The notes: generated by a model not told the origin, from the sequence alone. Shown: positions 11,737-22,393, counted from the first letter of the stretch. The stretch is DNA of 64,000 bases from Paragordius varius (GCA_964247055.1 OZ176054.1:10106001-10170000); one strand, 5' to 3'. Numbers and translations: made by a program.

Positions 11737-13908
11737 ATTTAGACCTCATGCCTGATGTAGTCAGTGAAAGAGAAGAGTTAGAGATGGAAGCAGAAAGCAA
11801 CCTTGAAGAGGAGGCTGGTAGATTTTACATTGAAAAATTTAGGACCATCTAATCGAGATAGAGAGCCACATCCAGACGCTGACTCTTCTGATGGAGAACC
11901 TGATGAAAAACGAAGTAACCTAATTTAAATTCAATTTACTTTTATTTAGTTAAATGTGGTAACTTGATGTATTATTTTAGGCATTATCAATAAGACAAAT
12001 GATTTATTTGCTTTTTAATGATTATTGCTTCATATCGCAATATCGCAAAGTTAGCATATACAATAGAAGAATTTTTTTAAATGAAGTCTTTACCAAAAAT
12101 TAAAAAGCATGTAATAAAATATTAGAAAAGCAAAACAATAATTACATAAATTTTTGATTATTTGTTGACTTTGAAAATATTACCTTTTTTGACACGAAAA
12201 TAGATTTTTTAAGACAACATGCAGAGTTTTGACAATAAGAATTTAATATGCTAATTCCATGATATTATAATATTTTTTAGTTGCCCCTTTTTAAGCATAT
12301 TTGATGATAACATGGAAACGATATAGATATCAAAATTAAATGCTGTTTCTATCAGTTCAAATATTTATTAAATTTAGCCTTTAAATTTAATTATATTATC
12401 TAAAAAAACAGATGTACTGAACTATGAGCGCAGTTAAACTGAGATTTTAAAAATGGTTTAATTTTTTAAATTTAACGTGGCAAGAATGCTTAAAAAAGTT
12501 TGATTTAACACTTCATTTAATTTTAATTATTTTATACACTTGAGAGAGTTTTATACCCTACTACTCAAATAAACTACTGTTAAAAGGTGTTTTAATCGAA
12601 ATATAATCAAAAGTTATTTTTGTGGTAAAAATCTATAACTTTTAAAATTTATTGATTTTCATAATCCCGATTTCTTCGGACAACTTCAAAACACGATTGA
12701 AGGCAACAGCTTATATAATTTATTAATAATAAAAATTCACTGTTGGAAGATTTATAAGCTTTCCGAAGTTTTATAAGCTTTTTAAACATAATATAAATTA
12801 ATAGCAAGCATTCAAAAATGTCGGCGTTTAACATTTTTTTACAATTCTGCAATTTTTAAAAATTTTTTTGTATCCATCCCCTAAAGGCTAAAGAAATCTT
12901 ATTTTCAAATTCCATTACTTAATTTAAGAATATTTTTTAATTTTAAATGTTTCTGAGGTATAAAACTCCCAAAAGAAGATAAAGTATTAATATATCCTTA
13001 AATCAATTGTAATTTAATAAATCTATACTGACATTTATTCTAGCCATTTCAAATATATTTTAATATAAGGAGCCTGCATTAAAAAAATTAAAAATTTTAA
13101 AGTTTGGTGGTCCACAATGTAGGATTATTAAATAAATTTTATTATTTTAGTAGATTTTTTGGTGAAGCATTTGAATCCATATTAATATTCTTAATGCGAG
13201 CTAATTTTTTTTGATACGGATGACAAAAAGGCGAATCTCAATCTAAGGACTCGTAAGCTCCAAATAAATTTTTGAGAATTTCGATATGATTATATATGCA
13301 TTTTATAACCTGGTGAATTGCTTTATGACGTTTTTACAGTTTTAATTACATAATTAAAAAGGTTGAATAAACACTCCTTAAAGATGATTATCCTATGTAT
13401 CAAATATTTATCTCAAATATATTTTAAAAATAGTTTAATCGTTAGAAAATGGTCATTGATATAAATGGCTTATAATATTTTTTGAGTACAATTTAATTTA
13501 ATTTTTTATTTTTTAGTTAAAATTTCGGAGAATCAACCTAATGAAAACGTTCCCAAGGAAGAGGGTATTTTTATTAAATTTTTAATTATAAATGTTATTT
13601 TAACGCATGCTCCACGTCTGTAATATAGATAACAAACAGGGTGCAAAAAACAGAAAGGATAAACATATTAGACCACCGAGGCCGCGTAAATAAATTTATT
13701 TAAATTTTATGGTTGATGAATCTTAATATTATATTTGTTTCAATTAAAGGGAAACACAATGGAAGAAATAGTAGATGGAGTGTAAGAAACCCAAGTAAAA
13801 AAACAATTACTCTTTGTGATTATTTTATTAATGTTTTGGACTAATTTATAAAATTATGACCCGATAGAAAACATGGAAAGTTATTTCCAACCATATCGAT
13901 TAATATAG
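11737..13908 (+). CDS. Putative spliced host gene 1 (partial, 5' end unknown): acidic then basic low-complexity protein
   Basis: Exons 11737-11817, 11843-11914, 13517-13564, 13629-13685, 13750-13794 and 13868-13908 (stop). All are GT-AG; all internal exons are phase 1-1 multiples of 3 (81, 72, 48, 57, 45 nt). Joined frame: xLDLMPDVVSEREELEMEAESNLEEEAGPSNRDREPHPDADSSDGEPDEKRIKISENQPNENVPKEEDNKQGAKNRKDKHIRPPRPRKHNGRNSRWSVRNPKNMESYFQPYRLI*. Confidence 0.6.
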
Positions 13909-13939
13909 CTGCTTAAAAATTTAATGACCACTATCACGG

Positions 13940-14945
13940 TACGCAGAAAAAATAAAGGTTAATGAATCATATAACATTCAATAGCTAAACTTTCAGGATA
14001 ATGAATATCAAAATGATATATGCGGTATATAGTAAAAAAAAATTTAATTTTTTGTTAGCCAAACTAAAAAATCGAATTTTTATCGCATATTAGGTCAGAT
14101 AATAAATACAATAGATGAAAATAATAAAATTTTTGTTTAAACATAGCATAAGGATAATTTTAAAGGCAAAATATTATCAACAAATATTATTTTTCGGAGG
14201 TTTTCAAAAAAAATTCCAGAATATTAGCTAAAAATCGCACTTAGTTTTCAAATCTTAATCACAAAAACTTATTAATATACGGTGAAAGATTTAATTCTTA
14301 AAACAAATAGATATTACCCAATATCTCGCCTCAGATTTATTTATAGAATTTTAGTCAAAAATCTTGATTATATATTTTTGGCGCCATTTTGGCTTGTAAT
14401 ACCGGCTTTCGGGCAAAAATTTTTCCAAAAAATATAAAAATGTGTCGATACATATATTGTTCCGCATCAAATTGTATGGAAAAGATATTTATAATATATA
14501 TTGAATGTTTTGTAAAAATACTAAGGAGCTTTCGCTTTGGTCCAGATTATCGAAAAATTTTCTTTTATATATAAGGCTAGTATTAGAAAATTTCTATGTA
14601 TAGAATATGATTGTTTAAATAAAAATAAAAATCTTTTACTGCATATTATTAGTGCGATTTATATATTCTTGAAAATGTTTCTGGAACTCTCCGAAATATA
14701 TAAGTTCTTTGTTTGCGCTTAGAATTATCCTTATGCTACATTAAATAAATTTAGGTGGCATGTTTTAATCTAATGTATTTTTTTGACCTATGCGAAAAAA
14801 TGCGATTTTTTAATATTGGCTATTAACAAAATAATTTACATAATTTTTTTTTCTTAATATTACCGCATTATCCTAGAGCTTTTAACTATGGAATAATGCT
14901 ATATAATTCATTTTTATCTTTTGGTCCCCATTTTTGCTGAATTAA
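13940..14945. mobile_element. Large degenerate foldback/palindromic element
   Basis: The left arm (aatgaatcatataacattcaatagctaaactttcaggataatg...ttagccaaactaaaaaatcgaatttttatcgcatattaggtcag...ttcggag...aaatcgcact) matches the reverse complement of about 14560-14945. Ends approximate. Confidence 0.6.
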
Positions 14946-15179
14946 AAAAGATATAATTGTTACCTAATTATATCTTAATAATAGGCTGCAAATATTTTAT
15001 ATCGATCGAAAACATACTATATCATTGTGTCATTAAGCGAACTAATTTAGGTATATATATACTTAAAATAAATTAAATATTATTTCGGATTCCGAACACG
15101 AATTCTTCTTTATGGCGAGCTTATTTATTCGAGTAAAACATAATTATTTTTCGTTTTTGAATCGCAATATCATAATGTA

Positions 15180-15420
15180 CACTGTGTACAAAAAATTTTT
15201 TTCATGAGACTTATAAGTTATAACCAGCGTATTCATTTGACGCAAAAATTTTTATTTGTTGTCAACCTAGTTTTTGAAATATTGAGAGAAAATCGAAATC
15301 AGGCAAAAAGTGAAAATTAAGGATAATTAAGAATAATTAAAATGGTTAAATTTGAAATATTATGGTTTATTATCATTTTAGGATATATTTTCCATATAAT
15401 AGCCTAAAATCATATAGTTA
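15180..15420 (+). mobile_element. Second left end of the CACTGTG repeat family
   Basis: cactgtgtacaaaaaattttttcatgaga... followed by the block shared with 2065-2330. Confidence 0.6.
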
Positions 15421-15504
15421 GGGTTTCTATAAAATTATAACTCAAAAGATGCCGTTTTTCTTATAATACAATAAACAAAAAAATTTTATGCATATTTAAA
15501 TATT

Positions 15505-16040
15505 TTTTTAATTATTTACTAGCTAAACTCACTATCAAATCTTATCATTCATATTTTATTCAGTAAAAAAAACTTTTATATTAAAATAAAACCAAAAAAT
15601 ATTGTTTTTTAGTTTTTCATTTTTTTGTCATCTGGTTTATGAGTTTATTAAACATTTATACTGTCTTATTTTGAACATGGGTGGGAATTAAAGTATATAA
15701 AAGGCTTTAAAAGTGGTGGAATCTCACCCAAAAACCTTACAAATCCCTGTAATAATGTGTCAAGACAAATTATATTTATTAGAATTGTACGAATTGTTGG
15801 TTGATATTCCACTACTTTTAAATCCAACTTTGCATAAATTATATACTTTATGGATCCCACTCATGTAAGATTTAAAAATAAGACAGTATAAATGTTTTAT
15901 ACACTTATAAATTAGATGATAAAAAAATGTAATAATAAAAAACAATATTTTTTGGTTTTATTTTGATATATAAATTTTTTTTACTGAATAAATGGATGTT
16001 AAGATTTTAATAGCGAGTTTAGCTTAATAATTATAAAAAT
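15505..16040. mobile_element. Foldback/palindromic element with well-conserved arms
   Basis: 15505-15690 (tagctaaactcactatcaaatctt...ttattcagtaaaaaaa...aaaaccaaaaaatattgtttttt...aaacatttatactgtcttatttt...catgggtggga) versus 15855-16040 (tcccactcatg...aaaataagacagtataaatgttt...aaaaaacaatattttttggtttt...tttactgaataaa...aagatttt.atagcgagtttagct). Confidence 0.75.
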
Positions 16041-16834
16041 TATTTTAATATAGTTTTATAACAAAGTTTTTGTCTTGTGAGTTAAAAGAAAAATTCCATT
16101 TTTTTAGCTGAAATTTTATAACCCATACAACATCAATTTCATGGCAGAAAAGGCCATCATATTAATAAACATGTTTTGGAGATTATTGATTTAGTCTACC
16201 ATTGCGATAATTAATAGTACTTCCCATCAAGTAATAGGTGGCTATGTGTAACTAAAATTTGGACACTGTTTGCCACATTTCATCATGTGAGACGCGTTTC
16301 TTCTTTTTTAGACTCATCAGTCACACATCATGAACACGCGTAATTGTCAGTTAGGACTTAATAGGAAATATACTTCTAATTTCAATGGTAGGCTACGAAA
16401 ATAATCTTCAAGATATGTTTGATCTTTAAGCTGACATCTTTTATGTTGATTGTTAAAGAATTTTTTGTGAAAGTAATAGTGCATCAGCGGTAGCAATTAA
16501 TTGTTCAGGCAAAATAAATTATAGAGATTAAATTATTTAATTTAGTATCAAATTCGCTTCCGAAAATTCCAAATGCCGTTAAAACTACACTTTTAGCCGC
16601 ATTAAAAAGTATATTATATATTATAATATATATATATATATTACATAATGTATAGCGTGCGAAATTTAGGGTTGTTTATATAATTTTGTATTTTGGGATA
16701 GAGAAACTTACTTTTTTTTTCAAAATCCGAAAAAATTGGGATCATATTTTACATAAGAAAAATAAACTCAAAAATTGATTATACTGGCATTTAAATTTAT
16801 ATTATCAAAGTGGCTAACACTTCTATCGATAAAT

Positions 16835-16995
16835 ATAAACAATTTTTCATGCAAAAACATAATATTTTCACCAAATGCAACATTTTTTCAACGAAACGCC
16901 ACATTTTTTTAAGCAAACGCAACCAAGTAAGACAATTTTTGCAACCAAACGCAACATTTTTTCAACCCAAGACAACATTTTATCAAGCAAAGATT
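16835..16995 (+). repeat. Degenerate minisatellite with a unit of about 21 bp (consensus approx. AAACGCAACATTTTTTCAACC), 7-8 copies
   Basis: Units include aaatgcaacattttttcaacg, aaacgccacatttttttaagc, aaacgcaacattttttcaacc and caagacaacattttatcaagc. Confidence 0.75.
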
Positions 16996-17536
16996 TTAAA
17001 TTAAAAAGAATTTTTATATGACAATTTAATTTTAATTAATATAATAAATAAAACGTTTTTTTCTAACTCTGAGGAATCATATAGAGTCAGCTGTTTTTAC
17101 TATAAAATGTGAAAGCTAGTGAGCAAGTGTTTGCAAACATAACAGTTAAATTACACGTTTTACAAACCTCTAATAGAATTTTTTACTTATTTAATTTGAA
17201 TTTAAATATATATTTTTCGCTTTGTGGACGCTTTATTTTATAAATAAAAATTTATTGAAACTCAGACATAGAAATTGTTTTATTTCAGCCATAAAAGTTA
17301 TGATGATAATTAAAAAACAACTCACTCATAGTTTTCCTTATATACAAAGTGATCCCAATTTTTTAAATTCTTACTGGTGTATCTCTGAAAAAAACGAAAG
17401 TTAGAATAAACAACTTTTTCACCAAAATTTTTATGATCAAATTATATGTTATTCAACTTGTATAATATTTATATAATATTAAATTTAGCAAAACTAGCCC
17501 TCAGTATTATATTTAGTTATATATGAAAATTATAAA

Positions 17537-17832
17537 ATGAAATGTTAACCTTTTTGATAAATTTGTATAGTTGGAAAAGGTAACATCTATTTTTAACATT
17601 TTTAATTAAAACACGCAGGTGGACTCTTAGCTGGAGGTTAAATTCTTATTTAAAATCAATAAAAAGGTTTTTTAGCGACTGCAATCGGAGGTATACAAAA
17701 TTTTTACTTTTAGGTTTAATTGGAGGCCTCGTTGGATTAAAAGGATTATCTATTTCAAGTGATTTATATTTTTAAAAAATAATTTAAATTTTATCCCAAG
17801 GAGCACCTATCTCCTTTAAAAAATTATTCTGA
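17537..17832 (+). CDS. Putative spliced host gene 2: 44-aa glycine-rich hydrophobic peptide with a cationic C-terminus
   Basis: Exons 17537-17543, 17571-17579, 17619-17636, 17667-17690, 17714-17758 and 17801-17832. Five phase-1 GT-AG introns of 27, 39, 30, 23 and 42 nt. The CDS is 135 nt: MKFGKGGLLAGGFLATAIGGLIGGLVGLKGLSISRAPISFKKLF*. The first exon is the least certain. Confidence 0.6.
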
Positions 17833-17968
17833 TTGTGTTCAATATTTGTGATAAAACAATTTATTATAAGGGGTTTAGTTCAAAAAAACCCTTTTCTTCT
17901 ATAAAAAGACATTTAAAGAGTTATTTATCCTTTCGGTTATACCCAACTAAAATTTTTTGTTTCATTAG

Positions 17969-19849
17969 ATACTAATCAAAATGTGTCGATTCTTAATACA
18001 GAAAGTATATTTTCACTATACGCCAACATATTCTCCAATTAAATAATTATAATCCAAAATTTATTCCCTTTATATATATATATAGGGACGAATATTGGTA
18101 AATATTTACTTAAAATTCCAAGGCACTAGTTTTATTATCCAAGTTCCATTAAATTCCTCTCACATCGAAGGAGGTATTTTTTAATTTAATCATTTAAAAG
18201 GTACGACACTAGAGCCTTATAACAGTAAAATATCATAGTAATATAAATAATTAGATTCTGGAAATGAGATATATTTTCATGATATCAATATGACATCCAC
18301 TATATTATCGCAAAACGATAATTGTATTTCTATCAAAATTGATGTACCAAATTCAGGTTTATATATTTGACAAATTTAAGTTGTTAATTAATCTTTTATT
18401 TTGCCCCCGTTATCACTAATTTGCGCTTTAATAAAACACAGAATCTCTAGACTAAACTTAAACACATAGACAGGCTAATGGTTGTTATGGTTTTACAACG
18501 GTTTCGGTTCTGATTTTTGCAATAGATATTATTTTAAGAATCTTAAATTGTCATCACCCGATAAGATAGCGAGTAAAAAAACAAGTTTAATTTATGCTAT
18601 AAAGTTTTATTATGTTTACATATTCTCGAAGATGATTAGGTTGTATTTACACTTATTTTTAACTAGATATGATTTTTATAAACAGGATGCACAAAGCTCT
18701 TATATTTCGATTACATTTATTATAAACAAACTAATTTTACATTATATTACAATATTCAGTGTTGGAGGAAAGTAACTGCTTTGATCGTAAATCATCAATC
18801 TATGGAATTCAGAGTTATGAAATGTGGATCGAAGATGAGGAAAATAGCAAGAATTTAATATTAGAATATGAATTGTCCCCAGTATCTGACAAAAATGGCT
18901 TGGTTGTTTTTAACATATTTGGCAAGAAAAGGATAACTCTAACAAATTTTATGGTATACATTTACAATTTGCATTTGAGTGTCCTTAAATACTTCAGGTT
19001 GTTGCTCCTGGAACTTTTAAGTTGGTCCTTAAAAACTTCGAGTTAGTGCTTGAACATGGCAAGTTGGTACTTAAAGACTTGAAGTTGGTCCTTTATTTTT
19101 TAAAAGTTTGTGTATAACCATAATTGCATGTTTTTATCTATTTTATTTTATATATTTTATATATATTATATATTTAGTATTTTTGAAAATTAACATTTTT
19201 TCATTAAAAAAACTATTTTTCTAAATAATTTTTCCAATTCATCAATATTTTAATCAGATTAAAGTTTTTTTCCAAAAATTTATAATCAATAACTCACAAA
19301 ACTCATATAATTTTTAGTTAAAACCTTAGTTATACTAAAAAAATATTTTTTTAACAAATTAATAAAGATATACGGTTTGTGATTAACAAAAGTTGCTAAT
19401 CATTTAATAGTTTAGATTAAATAAGAAAATAAGTTAAATCATAGGATAATGAATGTTACATGGTTTGATCAATAAAAGTTAGAAACATTAAAATGTTAAA
19501 TGACTAATTTGAAATGTTCAAAGGCAGCCAACCCTAAATTTGAAGTGTACATGAACACTCTAGAAGTGTATATGAACACTCTAGAAGTGCAAATGGTATA
19601 TAAATATAAAGTTTTTGAAATATATTAAAGTATTTAGATCAGGGGAAGCTAACACGGGGCCCAAGGCTATGCGTACGGCCCCCTATATTCATAATTTGCA
19701 AAAATATGTGTAGATTTTAGCGAACTTGATATTTCTCAAACAAATTTTGTGAATAATTCTATCCGATTGGCAGCAAAATTGAAAAAATTATTATAGTGTG
19801 TTGTTTGCTAAACAGATTTCGTTTAAAACTAAAAAAAAATTTAGACTTT

Positions 19850-19886
<37 letters not shown>

Positions 19887-22393
19887 AAAGTTGTTTGCTT
19901 CTTTGGTTAAGTCGAAAATACGGCCCGCTAAGCCATTTTTATTGAACACCCCTGCTTAAAAATGCATTTTCCCTACTTTATTTTACAGTATGCATTTTAA
20001 TGGTTGCTTGTCTGACACTATCGTTGGGCAATTTGCAATACCAGTAGTATATGGAATAAACACCAAATATTGAATAAACAATCTTTTCCTTTCTTTTTTT
20101 CCATACACTACTGTGCTACTGTGCTACTGTGTTACAAATCGCCCTACTATAGTGTGAGATAGGCATTAATTAAAACCTACTCTAATTATCAAATAACGTG
20201 TAAATTTATTAACCACATCTATTATAATTTGGATATGTAAATTTGGTTTGCATTATCATTTCTTCCTATATTTACAAACCTGCGATCGATTATAAAAACA
20301 TTTTAGGCCGCAGAAAAACTTTAAATGAGCTCTTTTATGAATATAATTTCGTAAAAATTATATAGAAGATACATATTATTAATACAAATTAATGATCTTA
20401 AATAAATAAAAATAATAATGTTTTTAATGAATTTTACACGATATTTTAAAAAATTGGTTATCACTAACCATTTAAAAAATGCCACTGAGAATAAAGCTCC
20501 GATTCTAAAATTTTTACCTAGCAATATATACTTTTCTTAAAACCATTTAGAAGCCTTTTGGTTAAAAATGCGATTAGACAGCGCAAATTTTTAATAATCC
20601 CTTTTTTAATCTGGGCTGCATATGAGTTATTAATTTTTGCACATCATTAGAATGAAAGTTCAATTTTCATTGTTGAAAATCTGGAGCCTGGAGATTATTC
20701 TATAATGATGCAAACTACGTTTGGTAGAAAAAAGGATATATCCCGTCAAATTTTGACAGATATTACCTGTAAGTGTAATAATTGCTTAATATTTGAAAAT
20801 GTTATATTTTGACAGTTTTCTTAGTCTCATCCTAATCTTAATAAAAAGTCTGACTAATTACCTAATAATATTACATTTTATACTCTTATAATAATTTTAC
20901 CATTTAAAATGAATGTTTACCGTTTATTTTATAATTTTAGATTTTGGATTAAATATTGTTTAACATTTATTTTAAATATGAGGATTGCGTCATGGTGTTT
21001 AGGATCCAGCTCATTGTTGTTCACATTTTGTATATTTAAACAAAATTATACAAGGATCGCACACATTATGTTGAATTTTTTATGGGAAATGCAAATTTAC
21101 AAAATTACTTTGTTAACTGTTATATTTAAAAATAAAAATAGCGTTATCTCTTTTTTTACTTATAAATGACCCGCCAAATTTAAAAAACCTTAGGGAATCG
21201 TTACTACCCGAACTTTATAGTAAAATTTTGTAAGATTTTATATAAGCCGTTACATTTTAACGGACATTAAATATAACGTTTTTAAGTACCATCTTTACAT
21301 TTATTTTCGTATTCGATGCCTATATAGGTGTAGCATTTCATTTAACTAATTATGCTTTTTAATATCTTGAAAGCCCTAGCAAAGTTAAAATAATATCTGC
21401 AAATTTAAAAACATATTAGGATAAAAATTTGGCTTGAGAAATTTAGCATATCCAAAAATTTTATTTATAATGGGGCGCACAAATTTTTGATTTGGGCTGT
21501 ATAAAAACATCGATATCTGATATCATAAACAAATCCTCCATTTTATGATATGCTTATTTAATTTTAACTTATTTAAAATTCAATTATATTTATTTTTATA
21601 TATAATTTTTTTTATAAACTTGTATTATTTGTTTTTATTTATATTTATGTAATAGACGATGGCGACACAGTTACTGGTAATTTATTTTTTGATTGAATAG
21701 TTAGTTACCTATATTGATTAAAAAAGAACACCATCAATATTTTTAAATGACATAGTTTTTACCAACATCTCACCATAGAAAACAGTGTTCTTATTTCTAT
21801 TTTGAAAAATATATTAGAAACTAAGCTGAGCTGCATTTAACATGATTTTATACTAATTTCCTTTAATTATTATCTTGAAAATCAAACATATTTATAATAT
21901 AACATATATAGAAAAAGAAAATATACTTCAAGATGATTATGGTTGTATAAACAATGATACCTTAAAAATCTGTACAAAATTTTTGGAATTAAGCCCAACC
22001 AACATCTATAACTTATACCTAGAATCAAAAAGTAAGACGCTATTGGACGTGGCTATTGAAGTTAATCGAGTAAGTTATTATGATTGATATAATATGGTAA
22101 AAATCGCAGTAGTTTATACATCAGTTAGAATTCATTGCATGAAAAAACTCTTTCTAATTAACAAGCAAAATGATGTGAATTACCCAAAATTAGCTTATAT
22201 TTTATATTAATAATGTATCCTAAGATAATATTAATTGTTTCCCTAATATATTTTAATTATTGTTTAGGATGGAAATTGTTTAAAATATGAGTTGAATGGA
22301 ATAACATTTGAAGAAGACGAATACTTTTTGGTTTATAAGCCCAAACCAAACATCGGCATAAACTATGGAAAATTGGCTTTTTCGGTTATGTGA
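17969..22393 (+). CDS. Putative spliced host gene 3 (5' end unknown): beta-rich protein with N-glycosylation sequons, possibly extracellular (FN3/Ig-like segment)
   Basis: Phase-compatible exons 17969-18004, 18086-18097, 18123-18173, 18255-18356, 18760-18953, 20651-20768, 21656-21676, 21912-22069 and 22268-22393 give one open frame. It includes ...IFIVENLEPGDYSIMMQTTFG... and ends ...FLVYKPKPNIGINYGKLAFSVM*. Overlaps ORF-track entries 18759..19046 and 21875..22087. Confidence 0.55.
18965..19596. mobile_element. MITE family A, copy 2 (inside an intron of gene 3)
   Basis: Starts caatttgcatttgagtgtcctt and ends ctagaagtgcaaatgg|ta. The interior aligns with 6291-6827 (ataac.ca.aaaact.atat..., aataaagatatacg, gat.aataaaagtt). 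Confidence 0.75.
19853..19882. repeat. (TA)15 microsatellite
   Basis: Direct reading of the sequence. Confidence 0.95.
20016..20154. mobile_element. 139-bp CACTA-type (EnSpm/CMC) MITE
   Basis: Ends CACTATCGTTGGGCAATTTGCAATAC / GTGTTACAAATCGCCCTACTATAGTG (imperfect TIR). 3-bp TSD TGA at 20013-20015 and 20155-20157. Subterminal tactgtgc repeats. Confidence 0.75.

Noticed and set aside
19640-19954. Possible complete small hAT (CAGGGG...CCCCTG)
   Set aside because: The termini match for only 6 bp and the flanks (atttagat / cttaaaaa) are not a TSD. These are more likely ends of two different decayed elements.
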